From IMG/VR virus record IMGVR_UViG_3300050343_000084, positions 1 to 63,552 of that record: DNA of 63,552 bases. The stretch is one strand, 5' to 3'. Source of the stretch: a virus (taxonomy: Duplodnaviria; Caudoviricetes). Under the pieces are notes generated by a model that saw only the letters and a program-made list of their open reading frames with translations, did no database searches and was not told where the DNA came from. This document shows, one piece after another, positions 46,634 to 57,323 of this stretch; within the stretch, counting starts at the first letter, position 1, and each line of letters opens with the position of its first letter. The position numbers and the translations under genes are program-made.

Positions 46634-46935
46634 TTTCTTCTTTTAACAGGTTTAACTCTTCTGGGTTTGCCTTTTGGTTGTCCTAGTCTTTTCTTTTCAG
46701 CGATCTTTGCAGCTTTTTCTTTAGCTGACATTTCGCTTGCGGTCTTTGGGGTTTTACTTGATATTCTTTTCTTTGGCCTACAATATGGCGTACCACGGCT
46801 TTCGCCTTCGCTTCGGCCGCATGGCTTACCTGTTCTTACATCAATCCATTCTTCTTTAAACCAACGTTTAAGCGATGCTCCTTTTTTAGTCTTACGTACT
46901 TTGGGGAACGCGGACTTGCTTTGCTCGTATGCCAT
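46630..46935 (-). CDS. Basic protein with LKRWFKEEW...CGR...YCRP motif (DUF5872-like)
   Basis: Motif recognition. Confidence 0.55.
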   Translation of the reverse strand: MAYEQSKSAFPKVRKTKKGASLKRWFKEEWIDVRTGKPCGRSEGESRGTPYCRPKKRISSKTPKTASEMSAKEKAAKIAEKKRLGQPKGKPRRVKPVKRRK

Positions 46936-47519
46936 TATCCTAATTTACCTCCTCGTTTTCTACATTTAGCTATATAACCAGAAGCGTAAGCGGACGGGAA
47001 TACATCATACTTTGCTTTTGCTTTGCGGTAGCATGCGTCTTTTTTCTTTGCTACAGCTCTAACACTACTTCTTAAACCTTCTTTATCATGCAAATCATAA
47101 GTGGTTGTACGACCGTCTGGTTCACGATATGAAGCAGAGTCTTTAGGCCCTCTCATGTTATTTATTGTATAATTATTGGATGTATTACCATCGCGTAAAT
47201 GAGTAGCAGCGTTTTGAGCTTTAGCTAGGTTCATTGTTTTGTTAAGATTATAATTACCACTTGTGGTGCTTATAATAGTGTCTGTCTCTTGATTAAACTG
47301 CGGAAACTTATCAACGGATTTTTGATAAGGATCTTGTTTATACTGTTCTAATCTTTTTTTATATTGTTTTTTATTTTTTGGGTCCTGTTGAGGTGTATAT
47401 ACCTGCTTAGCAATAGCAATAGGCCCACCGCTACCATCAGCATTTTGCGTTACCTCTTGGTTAACAGGTTTTTTTGTGCCTTGCGTTATGTTTTGTATTC
47501 TAATGTTAAATGGTTCCAT
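46935..47519 (-). CDS. Hypothetical protein with C-terminal DACY...PSAYASG...CRK motif
   Basis: 194 aa. Confidence 0.55.
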   Translation of the reverse strand: MEPFNIRIQNITQGTKKPVNQEVTQNADGSGGPIAIAKQVYTPQQDPKNKKQYKKRLEQYKQDPYQKSVDKFPQFNQETDTIISTTSGNYNLNKTMNLAKAQNAATHLRDGNTSNNYTINNMRGPKDSASYREPDGRTTTYDLHDKEGLRSSVRAVAKKKDACYRKAKAKYDVFPSAYASGYIAKCRKRGGKLG

Positions 47520-47520
47520 A

Positions 47521-50500
47521 TTAAAATTTTACTTTTCTTCCTGATTCGAAATCTATTGAATCTTTTATTCTTTTATTTTCTATTCTGGTTGCCGCGGCTT
47601 TACGAGCAGACGCGCTTCGTTTTGCTCTTTGCTTAGCGTCATAATCCGCTCTTTCCTCGGGTGTCATAGCAGCGTAATCAGCTAGTTTCTTTTTTCTGTT
47701 TTCTATTCTAGTTTTAGCGGCTTTAATTTTACCCTCAGCTTTTCTTCTAGCTTTACCTTCTGTTTTAACAAATTCTTCCTCTTCTTTTTTAGCGTTAACA
47801 TCCCAGGTTCTCCAGCCAAGACCTAGCATCATTCTTTGATAAGATGTATTACGGGCGTCAAGTGCTTCGGATATACCGTCTAATTCAGCTAAAGCTCTAT
47901 CTAGCGGCAGGTTTAATCCAGCAGATGAAAGTGATGCTAATATTTCGTAATTAGGTGATATGTTAAATCTTCCATTTAAAGTAACATCCCAGCCTTGAGC
48001 TTCTATTACATCTTTGTCAAACTTCTTAGTTTGAATTGCGCCGTATACTTTCCTCATCTTAGAACCTATAGGTGGCGATACGTTTGCTAGTTCTAATAGT
48101 GTATAAGCGTGATCAGCATTATAACCTTTTTTCTCTTCTTTGTAATATCTATTAATAACATTTTTTAATGTTGATATAACAGCGCCTGTTAGTCCGGATC
48201 CCCTAAGAATAGTGTCCACCATAGAATTAACAATTCTTTCAGCCTTTGTATTAATGATTCTTTCGTATTTTTCATCATCTTCTTCTTCATCACCAAATCC
48301 TGGTATTAACGCAAACAATGAATTTTGCAATGCGCTAAATATAAGGTTTTGCACAAACCCGTAATAAGCTATCTTACTAATATTGGTCTTAGCATCGCCA
48401 CGGCCGTTTATAAGATCCTGGCCAGCTTTTTTCATTAATCTAGTGTATTGCATCGGCGTGTTTTGAAAAGCCAATATAAGACGCCCTAAATGGCTCGACT
48501 GTTGTGCAGACACAAGCATAGGGTCACCTGATTGCTGTGTCTCATCGGATATAGCGCTAAAGTCTTCAAATGCTTTTGCTTCTGCCTCTGCCTGTGATAA
48601 ACCCTGCTTCTTATAAGTTTTTGTTCTGTTAATTAAAAACGTAGCTCCTCCTGTCGCAATGGCAAAACTATCCGCTATTTGAGTAGGCGTGAAACCTATT
48701 TTTAATAAGTATGCAATTACAGCGCTTGCTTTGTCTTTACTGTTTTTAGCTTGGTTAGCTATCTCTTGCTCTTGTACGTCTGATTTTAAACCGCCCCGAC
48801 GTTCTTTAAGTTTATCGGAATTGAATATCTTCGACCATGCGCTCCAGTAAGCCGGCTGATTAGCAAATGCCAAACCAGCTTTTAACGGATTATTGTCACT
48901 CCAATTTACAAAGTTAGCAAATGATAACATCTGCATTGCCGCTGACCTACGGTTAAAGAACATTATAGTACCGACAGAGTTATTAACCCAGTTTAACCAT
49001 TGTTGCTCGTAAGCGCCAGGTTGTGCCGGTCTGTTTCTGCCAGACTTCATTCGCGCTATAGAGTTTTTTAAAGCGTTTACATAACGAGTACCGTATAAAG
49101 CCTCAAGCTTAGTTAAATTTTTTTCGTCAAATATAATATCTACATTATCGTTAAACTCTTGTAAATATTCAGATCTTGTTCCAACCTCGTTTATTTGATT
49201 AATATCTTTTAATACAGAGCCCGCTACCCAGTATTCCGCGGGTGATGGCCATTGTTCTTGCTTTGATATTGTTTGAAGACCATCAGCAAACGCTGATAAA
49301 TCAGGATCATTTGCCACAAGGCTATTTAATTTCTTTTGGTCTCTTTTAGATATACCGGGAACTTCTTGGCCTTGCTGTGTCCATAAATATACACGCACAG
49401 CTTGATCAACGGTGTAATCTGTATCGCCAATTTGTTTGCCCAGGCGTTTTTTCATTCCGGGAAACATTTTTAATAATATAGCGAAATCATTTTTAAGAGC
49501 TCGTCTAGCTTTTTCCATAGCAGATATACCTCTCATATACGGCACAACCAAATTATCTTCAAAGAATTTTTGATCAGCTTCGCCTTGCTTGCCTTTGCCG
49601 GCTAATGCGTATGACGTTAGCCCTCTAAAGTCCTCTGCCCCATACGGTAAGAAAACTTTAAATCTACCTTTCTTAGCACCTTCTTTTCGCGCTCTAATTT
49701 TAGAGTATACAGCTTCTGCAGCAACGCCTTTATTACGCTCAATCATTTTATTAAGATCTTGCGATAATCCCATACTCCTTTTCACTCTTGCCTGCTGCAC
49801 TTTCCCTTTAACGTCAAATACATCAAGCACCTCTTTAACAGCTTTAACATTACCCATGTGATCATCCACAAAGTAAAAATCGTTGAACCCATCCGCGACC
49901 TTGCCAACCATCCAGGCGGCTTTTGCGGCGGGTGCGCCGTTAGCAAGTCCAGTTATATTTTCAAGAGGTATCTCTAAGCCTATACCTTTTAAAAATGCGT
50001 GTATAGCAACTGCCGATTCTGCAGGTCTAGCAGTTAATACAAATATATTTTTATTACCAAACTTTTCAATCGCTTTTTTAAGCCTTGGGGCAAGAGGGCC
50101 TGGTGTACCTTTAACAACCTTATTGAATTCGCTAAAGTCAAATGTTGCTCCTTCAGCGGTTAATTGTTCGCTATTTTTAGCAAACTCTGCAGGTGTTATT
50201 TTATATGTCTTACCGTCTTTATTTACAATCACTTGGCTTTTACTGAACGCCAGTGTATCATCAAAGTCATATACACTAATACCTTTAGGGTTCGAGGTGT
50301 AAGAACGCTTGCGGGCATTGTTTATAGCTTTTTGCTGTATCGTTATTTTTTTAACTTCAGCTTCAGCGTCTTTTTTAACCTCAGGCTTAAAGCCTTTTTG
50401 ATTAAAATAATCAGCGTACTGTTGGCCAATAATAGATCCATCTTCTAAAGACTCTAATGCGTATTGCACTTTGCCTCTTGTAGCGAAATTATAATATCTT

Positions 50501-53500
50501 TTCCACCAAGGTGTTTCGCCTGGCTTATACCCTGCTATCATAACTTGCTGATAACCAGATTTGCCAATCACTTTATCCATTTCAACTGGTATAATAGCAA
50601 CTTGGTAATCTGACTTTAGCGCATCAAGATCGATGTCTTTATTGCCTTTCACAATAACCTCATACATATGAGCTAACACAACCCGCGCTGGAACACCGTG
50701 CTCATACCTATATTTTTTAGTTTCCATAGTAGGTAGTACTGAGCTTCTGTAAGTAACAGGGGCAGCGGATCTTAATGCTGTATTGGTACCAGAGTTTAAT
50801 GAAGCCATCACCATAGCCTGCACCGCAGCGTCTGCTCCCTTAATACTTTGTAATATTGTTGTTGTGTAATTCCACGCCGCCTCAGCGTTTGCTTTATCAG
50901 CTTTTGCGTCAAACTTACCGGTTAAATGTCCCTTAAGAACATTACCTGTTGCGGAATATTTTCTTTTAAGTACTTTGCCTGTATTTAATTCTATCTCTGT
51001 AGGTGATATACTTTTTATATTAAACCCAGCTCTATTAAGCGCTTCTATAACCTGCGCTTGACCGGCGTATAAATCTGACCTATGCGTTTTCGAAGGAACC
51101 AAAACGCCATCAATCCATCTTCCCACCCTGCCTGAATTAGCAAAAGAAGCCGATGTGAATGCAACAGCGGTTTGTATATCCATAGTTTCTAAAGCGGATT
51201 CTACTACAATCCGGGAGCGCTCTACGTTGTTCCAGTCTGTAAACATACTTGAAACAGAATCGTAGGCATTAGTCATTGCTGTAATGGTCGATTGGCCATC
51301 TATATCTGCCGCAATATCATTTAGGTAGTCTTCAAATGTTTTGCCCTCTGCTTTAAGCTCTGATTCAAAATCAGGTGATAAAGGTTTAAGCAATTTAAAA
51401 AATTGTTTACCTATAGACTTGTGCTGCTCTTTTGAAAAATCGGGATATACATTTTTAACAGCTCTAGTTATACTGGCTTCAGTATATTTGCCGCCCATTA
51501 AGGTTCTCAGCTGGTTAAAAAATTCAGCTCTATTAAGTTCAAATTTATTAAATTCAGTTGGCGATAAACTAGATATAGAATATTTACGTCTACCAATTTG
51601 CGTTTCAACTTCTTGTATAGCTGCTTCGTTTTCTAAGCCTTCTGCTCTTAACACGTCAGGCAACTCGTCTTTAAGCATTTGATCAGCAATAACCTCAGCT
51701 AAAGATACTTTCCTCGCGTTACGTACATTGGTAGGTCTATCATTTGCTTTTAGATATTCAGTACCTTCTTTCTTTACCTCTGCACTATATGGTTTTTTAA
51801 TACGCAGCTTATTATTAGCGTATATGTTTTTTATTTTTTTAGCTTGGCTTTCGCCGCGATCAATTGCATCGTTGTATGCTTTAACCTCATCAACGGACAT
51901 TGGTATTTCTTTTCCGTTTTCATCTAAAGCGGTTTCTATTAAGAACGGGAATCTAGCAGATACCTGATCAACCGTCATCAGATTATATATAGATTGGAAA
52001 TTAGCATCTACAAAAGAATCATAGTTAGCGCGCTTGTCTTTATTACCAACTTTAGTAGAGTTATTCCAGTTAGACGCTCGGTCCATCATGTCTCTAATCT
52101 GGTTTACAAACATAGTCCTACCGTCTTTAAGTAGCGCTTGTCTAAAACCAAAATCAGCAATATTGTATTTACCAGTAGCCCAAAGCTTTTTAACTTTTTC
52201 AGCAAAGGAAGTAGAAAACGTTTCGTCTATTGTAGATATTTTATTATCATCACCAATAATAACTATTTCATCCGCTGCTTTTTTAAATACCTTTTTCTTT
52301 TCTTTTCCTTTACGTGTTTTTTTCGTAATCTCTTGCTCTGCGCTTTCGTCGCCAACAAGCTGTTTTTTACCTGGCTCGGAAGGGGCTGCTTCAGTAGTAA
52401 TTTCTCCAAATCCTGGAGTTTTATTAATTACCCCTTGTAGCCTATTGTCTATTTGGCCAAATATATACGTACTAAGCTTTGTACCACCCTCGGGGTCGTA
52501 TGATTTTATTAAGAAAGGTATACCGTCATCTCCCTTTTGAATACCTGTTGCGGCTCTATTTATTATTTCATCTTTGAGCTCATCGTATCTAGGGACTTGA
52601 TCTCTGGATTTCATTCTGTATGCTACATATGTAGCGTATTGTTCACCAACCAAAAATCCAATACCTAGTTTAGTATCGTCATCAACGGCGTCCCATTGTT
52701 CTTTTGTAAAGTTGGGTGTGCCATCGGGGTTTATTTTTAAATTTAAACCATAAAGCCCAGCCGCTTCATTAAAGGCTTTGTTACCATCTTGGAACATGCC
52801 ATCTTTATTTTCTTGAGTAAACTTCTCAGGTGCCGTAATTGACTTTGATTTTTTACCTTTAATGCCCTCACCTGCTTTTATTTTAGCTAATGATAGTTTT
52901 GATAGCTTACCTTTTTGAAAATTCTTTTGATAATTTATAATAAAATTAAATACCTCCTGACCAGAATCAAATGTTTGTTTTGTGCCTAGCCTACCTCGTA
53001 ATAACCTGCTTATAAATCTACCTACACTTTGCCAAAAGCTTTCGCCTAGCTTACTAACATCTTGTCCAAGTTTTAATTTAGTACCAACAATATCAGAAAA
53101 CGCTGTAAAAAACTCGTCCATATGTACCGTGTCTATATCCGAGTAATTTAGCTTTAGCTGCTTTTCAATGGCTTTTAATAAACCATTCTTTTTAAGTATA
53201 CCTTTAAATTCTGTTAATATTCTAGTTTGCAACTCTGTCGGCTTGCCATCGTTTGTAAATTCAGCCTTTAGTATTTTGTGCAAGAGTTCGTGCGACGCCA
53301 CTGAAATTTGGCTATTCTCCGCGGCTACATCCAACATTATAACAATCTTGCCGTCTTCCTCCATAAAACCATTGCTAAACAAATCTTTACCTTTATACTT
53401 CTTAGCGATAGCTTCAGCCTTATTTTTAAGGACGACCACACCATCATTGCCGGCTACTTTTTTGAGAAACTTAGTGTCTTTATATATTTCTGCTATATTT

Positions 53501-56157
53501 TCACCTTTGGCTAATTTTTTCTGTGCTTGGTTTAGTTTATCTATTTGAGCTTCTAAGTCGCCTTGCAGCCCTTTGTCTAATTGACTTTTTTCTGTTTCTA
53601 GCTCATTAATTTTTAATGAATTTCTAGCCATTTTAACATATGTATCGGGATTTAACTCGATCATATATTCAGGTACTTTTTTGTTTCCAAAAGAAAACTT
53701 TACAGCATCGGCATCTTTTAATATTTGATTTGCTTGCCGGCGTGTAATTTGGTTTTCATTAACCAAATAATCAAGTCTTGTAGAAGCCCCTTCTGTATCT
53801 GCGCTAACGGTCATTAAATCCATTAACTTATTAGGATTATACTTATAGCTAACCCCCGATATACCACCGGATAGCCCACCAACAGCTAAAGACAATATTG
53901 ATGTTTCCACAAACTGCTCTAAAGTATATTCTGTTTCTAAAATATCTTTACCCGCTCTAAGATTGATGTCTGGGTTAACAAGAAATGTTTCACCTAATTG
54001 TTGTACGTTTTCTTGCACAACTTCTTTAACGCCCTCTGCGGCAAACAGCCCACCTGTTTTTTTATTAAATACAGATTGTACTGCTCTTGAAAATTCATTT
54101 TTAACAGCAGCGTATGGATTTGCTTTGCCTTTCTTAGCCGTATTATAAGCTGTTGTTAAACGTTTATATACATTATTCTTAGGATCAAACAATCTACCTA
54201 AAAGCTTTTGCTGTGGAACCTTAGGGGCTAACGGCCCTGTAAGTGTATATAGCGCGGCCATTTCAGCACTTGCTATTCTAGCTAGCTCATCGGCGTCCTC
54301 TGTGGACATGTTAGCATCCAAAGCTGCTCTCATAGTATTGTTATAACCATGAGAAGCTCCGTATAAACCTTGGAACATTGTAGCATTTATAACTTCGGGT
54401 GAAGCTTTTACTTTCGGCATTTTAATACCAAAGGTTTCTGTATTTTTAACTAAATAAGCTCCTTTGTTTTTACCCGCTTGAGCTCTTTTAGCATACCTGG
54501 CATACTCAGCAGCGGATTTAAATCTGCCTAATTTACCAGCCTTAGCTAGCATATTTAAAGATGCTTTTGCTCTCGCTGCGCCTACCGCTGTTCTAGCTAG
54601 CCCAACGCCTTTAGGTCCTGCTACTTGAAACCCTAAGCTGCCAACAGTTGTTCCGAATATTTTGCTTGAGCCTCTTGCGCTTATGTGGTAATCTTCTTCT
54701 CCGTTTTCTTGTAAAAAATTACTTAGCTTTTCATAATCTTTTGAGTCTAGTATTCTGCTAATCTCTTTTTCGGCTTTAGTATCCCAAATCTCGCCATTTT
54801 CACCTAATATATAATTTCTACCGTCAGTATAAACAGCCTCTAAGCCGTTTGCGTAGCGGTAATCCATTGTGCTAATTTCATTACGTCTGCGTAAAGACCT
54901 AAGTGCAGACTGATTTTCAGACCATGTATCAAACCCTATTAAGTCTGTTACCCACAAACCAAAATCAACTGATTCTTGACCAAACCCCTCTATAGCGCTT
55001 ATAAATGGGTTAAAAACAACATCAAATCCCTTTCTAACTATATTTCTATCCTTGTCTTGCTCGTAATCCGCAAGATTTTTTTTGCGAACAGATTCATTAT
55101 ATGCAGCTAAATTTTTTTGGTTTTCCTCAGACCAACTATATGACTCATATAAAAAGTCTTTATTGGGTAATTTTACATAAGCATCTTTGCCTTGCTTATT
55201 TGTATTGTATTGATCAATGTCAAAAGCTATATTTTCAATTTCGTCTATTGTATCAGCATCTTTATATAAGTCAGGATTGCTTTTAGCGTGCTGTAGCGCC
55301 GCCTTTTTGCGATTACGTCTATTTACATGCTCGTTATACTCGACTAGCATAGTAAATAATTTGTCCTCCTCTAAAGCATTCTCTTCAAGATCCGAATATG
55401 TTAATGTTTCTTGATCAAACATGCCTTGCTGCTCATAATCAGTAATAGCTTCGTCGTAACCATTTCTAGCTAAGTAGCCTTGGAAATCAACTTTATTTAT
55501 TGACTCGGGTAGATTTGGGTAATACTTGTCAGTGAAATTTGTAGTCTTGCCTTTATTATAAGCGTAATTATCGTAAGCAATATCTAAATCTTCTTGCTTT
55601 ATTGTTTCGTTTACAAAAAAGTTAATATCTTTTTCCTCTACATAAAGAGGATTTTCAATTTCACGGCCGCGCTTGTTGCTTTTTGTTTTTGCTTGCCCAT
55701 AGTTATAGAGCTTCCAAGCCGTTGCTTCTTCTGGTGTTGGTTCTTCCCAGCCTATTCCTTTTCTTTCGTTGCGAGTTCCTTCTGATAAAATTATTTCTTT
55801 TTTACGCGTAGCCCCTGTTATTGGGTTATAACCTTCGCCGCTTTGGTATATTTTAAGTAAACCATCTGCGTTAGGCAATTTAAATCCATCAGCTCTTTGT
55901 TGTGATTCCAATAAACCAGGATCCAAGTCTAATTCCGTACTCTCTTGTGGCTTCGCTATTATGGATGCCCTGCTTGGTGTTGCTACTGGAGTTACAGGCG
56001 CATCCGTCCCCGCAACCCCGGTTTGAAAATCATCTTTTAAGTCGCTTTCCCAGCCAAAATCACTCGCCCATTCCTCAACGCTAATCCCAAGGCTTTCCGC
56101 GTTTATAGTAGCCTCTTCGCGTGTGATACTTTTGTCACCTTTTTTAAATCCGCTCAT
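47521..56157 (-). CDS. Giant polyvalent virion/ejection protein (2878 aa): zincin HExxH, sigma70 region-2-like segment, EHxVP nuclease-like motif, HAD domain, helical C-terminus
   Basis: SHELLH (about aa 956); GIPFLIKSYDPEGGTKLSTYIFGQI (about aa 1220); YEHGVP (about aa 1819); DFDDTL...LTAR...K...FVDD (about aa 1964-2100); follows two ejection-like genes. Confidence 0.8.
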   Translation of the reverse strand: MSGFKKGDKSITREEATINAESLGISVEEWASDFGWESDLKDDFQTGVAGTDAPVTPVATPSRASIIAKPQESTELDLDPGLLESQQRADGFKLPNADGLLKIYQSGEGYNPITGATRKKEIILSEGTRNERKGIGWEEPTPEEATAWKLYNYGQAKTKSNKRGREIENPLYVEEKDINFFVNETIKQEDLDIAYDNYAYNKGKTTNFTDKYYPNLPESINKVDFQGYLARNGYDEAITDYEQQGMFDQETLTYSDLEENALEEDKLFTMLVEYNEHVNRRNRKKAALQHAKSNPDLYKDADTIDEIENIAFDIDQYNTNKQGKDAYVKLPNKDFLYESYSWSEENQKNLAAYNESVRKKNLADYEQDKDRNIVRKGFDVVFNPFISAIEGFGQESVDFGLWVTDLIGFDTWSENQSALRSLRRRNEISTMDYRYANGLEAVYTDGRNYILGENGEIWDTKAEKEISRILDSKDYEKLSNFLQENGEEDYHISARGSSKIFGTTVGSLGFQVAGPKGVGLARTAVGAARAKASLNMLAKAGKLGRFKSAAEYARYAKRAQAGKNKGAYLVKNTETFGIKMPKVKASPEVINATMFQGLYGASHGYNNTMRAALDANMSTEDADELARIASAEMAALYTLTGPLAPKVPQQKLLGRLFDPKNNVYKRLTTAYNTAKKGKANPYAAVKNEFSRAVQSVFNKKTGGLFAAEGVKEVVQENVQQLGETFLVNPDINLRAGKDILETEYTLEQFVETSILSLAVGGLSGGISGVSYKYNPNKLMDLMTVSADTEGASTRLDYLVNENQITRRQANQILKDADAVKFSFGNKKVPEYMIELNPDTYVKMARNSLKINELETEKSQLDKGLQGDLEAQIDKLNQAQKKLAKGENIAEIYKDTKFLKKVAGNDGVVVLKNKAEAIAKKYKGKDLFSNGFMEEDGKIVIMLDVAAENSQISVASHELLHKILKAEFTNDGKPTELQTRILTEFKGILKKNGLLKAIEKQLKLNYSDIDTVHMDEFFTAFSDIVGTKLKLGQDVSKLGESFWQSVGRFISRLLRGRLGTKQTFDSGQEVFNFIINYQKNFQKGKLSKLSLAKIKAGEGIKGKKSKSITAPEKFTQENKDGMFQDGNKAFNEAAGLYGLNLKINPDGTPNFTKEQWDAVDDDTKLGIGFLVGEQYATYVAYRMKSRDQVPRYDELKDEIINRAATGIQKGDDGIPFLIKSYDPEGGTKLSTYIFGQIDNRLQGVINKTPGFGEITTEAAPSEPGKKQLVGDESAEQEITKKTRKGKEKKKVFKKAADEIVIIGDDNKISTIDETFSTSFAEKVKKLWATGKYNIADFGFRQALLKDGRTMFVNQIRDMMDRASNWNNSTKVGNKDKRANYDSFVDANFQSIYNLMTVDQVSARFPFLIETALDENGKEIPMSVDEVKAYNDAIDRGESQAKKIKNIYANNKLRIKKPYSAEVKKEGTEYLKANDRPTNVRNARKVSLAEVIADQMLKDELPDVLRAEGLENEAAIQEVETQIGRRKYSISSLSPTEFNKFELNRAEFFNQLRTLMGGKYTEASITRAVKNVYPDFSKEQHKSIGKQFFKLLKPLSPDFESELKAEGKTFEDYLNDIAADIDGQSTITAMTNAYDSVSSMFTDWNNVERSRIVVESALETMDIQTAVAFTSASFANSGRVGRWIDGVLVPSKTHRSDLYAGQAQVIEALNRAGFNIKSISPTEIELNTGKVLKRKYSATGNVLKGHLTGKFDAKADKANAEAAWNYTTTILQSIKGADAAVQAMVMASLNSGTNTALRSAAPVTYRSSVLPTMETKKYRYEHGVPARVVLAHMYEVIVKGNKDIDLDALKSDYQVAIIPVEMDKVIGKSGYQQVMIAGYKPGETPWWKRYYNFATRGKVQYALESLEDGSIIGQQYADYFNQKGFKPEVKKDAEAEVKKITIQQKAINNARKRSYTSNPKGISVYDFDDTLAFSKSQVIVNKDGKTYKITPAEFAKNSEQLTAEGATFDFSEFNKVVKGTPGPLAPRLKKAIEKFGNKNIFVLTARPAESAVAIHAFLKGIGLEIPLENITGLANGAPAAKAAWMVGKVADGFNDFYFVDDHMGNVKAVKEVLDVFDVKGKVQQARVKRSMGLSQDLNKMIERNKGVAAEAVYSKIRARKEGAKKGRFKVFLPYGAEDFRGLTSYALAGKGKQGEADQKFFEDNLVVPYMRGISAMEKARRALKNDFAILLKMFPGMKKRLGKQIGDTDYTVDQAVRVYLWTQQGQEVPGISKRDQKKLNSLVANDPDLSAFADGLQTISKQEQWPSPAEYWVAGSVLKDINQINEVGTRSEYLQEFNDNVDIIFDEKNLTKLEALYGTRYVNALKNSIARMKSGRNRPAQPGAYEQQWLNWVNNSVGTIMFFNRRSAAMQMLSFANFVNWSDNNPLKAGLAFANQPAYWSAWSKIFNSDKLKERRGGLKSDVQEQEIANQAKNSKDKASAVIAYLLKIGFTPTQIADSFAIATGGATFLINRTKTYKKQGLSQAEAEAKAFEDFSAISDETQQSGDPMLVSAQQSSHLGRLILAFQNTPMQYTRLMKKAGQDLINGRGDAKTNISKIAYYGFVQNLIFSALQNSLFALIPGFGDEEEDDEKYERIINTKAERIVNSMVDTILRGSGLTGAVISTLKNVINRYYKEEKKGYNADHAYTLLELANVSPPIGSKMRKVYGAIQTKKFDKDVIEAQGWDVTLNGRFNISPNYEILASLSSAGLNLPLDRALAELDGISEALDARNTSYQRMMLGLGWRTWDVNAKKEEEEFVKTEGKARRKAEGKIKAAKTRIENRKKKLADYAAMTPEERADYDAKQRAKRSASARKAAATRIENKRIKDSIDFESGRKVKF

Positions 56158-56169
56158 ATTATATTATAT

Positions 56170-57312
56170 TTAATAAGTTGAATACCCGCTAAAAATTAAA
56201 GCTTCTTCTTTTGTCATTGGATCTGTTACATCTAAACGAACGCCATCGTCATTACGAACTTCATATAAACCGTCTTTGTTTACTACTAAAAACTGGTTGG
56301 TTTTTCTTCTAACTGGTATACCTCCCTTAATAGTTTTACCTTGTCTAATAGTGTCTGCAAATCCTATATATTCTTGCGTACGCCTAGACTCTTTTTGATT
56401 GCTTATTTTTGCTTGTTTACCATTTGCCGCTGCACCGCGTGCTGCTTCGCTTGATATTTTTACAAATCCATTAACCAGCTCTTGCGAAAGATTAGGGTCA
56501 TCTAATAATGGTATTAAGGTTTCAAAATTCCCAAAGCTACTTAGTTTATCAGCTACAATTGATTTCATCGCCTCCGGGTTATTTAACGCGAAAGCTTTTA
56601 TCCTATCTTCAAACATTTTTTGCTTGGTAGCGTCATACGAACCAGAACTATAAATAGGGGTAAATAGATCGTTATATTCTATAGCCTGCTGATAAGCTTG
56701 CTTAAAAGGCATTTTAATGTCTTTATAATCTATACCTTTACCTTCTTTATCTTGGAATACTAATTGACCGTTTTCTTTAAGGCTAAGAGGCGCTCTGCCT
56801 GTAAAGACAAGGCCCGCCATGCTAGATTCGTACTCACTGTTTCCTTCAGATTGATCTTTAACAGACTCGGAATAATTAACTTTTGAGTCTTTAAAACCGT
56901 CAATTTCTGCCTTAGCTGTTGCTATAGCGTTTTTTTCATTATTCATAATATCAAGCTGCTCCATGTATTCAGGAGTGCCTGGGGTGAAATTAACTATAGC
57001 GCTAGCTGCGGCCGCGTACCTATCTTTTACACCCATTAAAAAATTGTTAATTTCTTTTTGGTTTTGCGGTGATAAAGCAGATACATCAACATTTGAATTA
57101 AACGTTTGCAGATAATTTTTAACCTCTGCGTTTCTAGCCCGAGATCTAGCTTCTCTTTGTTCCGCGGCCTGTTGCAAAACTTTCATTTGTCGGTCTATGC
57201 CTTTGTTCATTGAACCGGCTATATCAACAAAGCCGCCAGCTTGTCGCATAGCGCCTTCGCCACGTATTAAGCCTGCGTCTGCGGAATAACTTATACCTTG
57301 TTTCTTTGCCAT
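56170..57312 (-). CDS. Putative internal virion/ejection protein
   Basis: 380-aa helical protein between the pilot-like gene and the giant gene. Confidence 0.55.
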   Translation of the reverse strand: MAKKQGISYSADAGLIRGEGAMRQAGGFVDIAGSMNKGIDRQMKVLQQAAEQREARSRARNAEVKNYLQTFNSNVDVSALSPQNQKEINNFLMGVKDRYAAAASAIVNFTPGTPEYMEQLDIMNNEKNAIATAKAEIDGFKDSKVNYSESVKDQSEGNSEYESSMAGLVFTGRAPLSLKENGQLVFQDKEGKGIDYKDIKMPFKQAYQQAIEYNDLFTPIYSSGSYDATKQKMFEDRIKAFALNNPEAMKSIVADKLSSFGNFETLIPLLDDPNLSQELVNGFVKISSEAARGAAANGKQAKISNQKESRRTQEYIGFADTIRQGKTIKGGIPVRRKTNQFLVVNKDGLYEVRNDDGVRLDVTDPMTKEEALIFSGYSTY

Positions 57313-57323
57313 AATTTAATTTT

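Noticed and set aside
47521-56157. crAss-type virion RNA polymerase
   Set aside because: No DxDGD/DFDID catalytic motif seen; DFDDT belongs to a HAD motif set.
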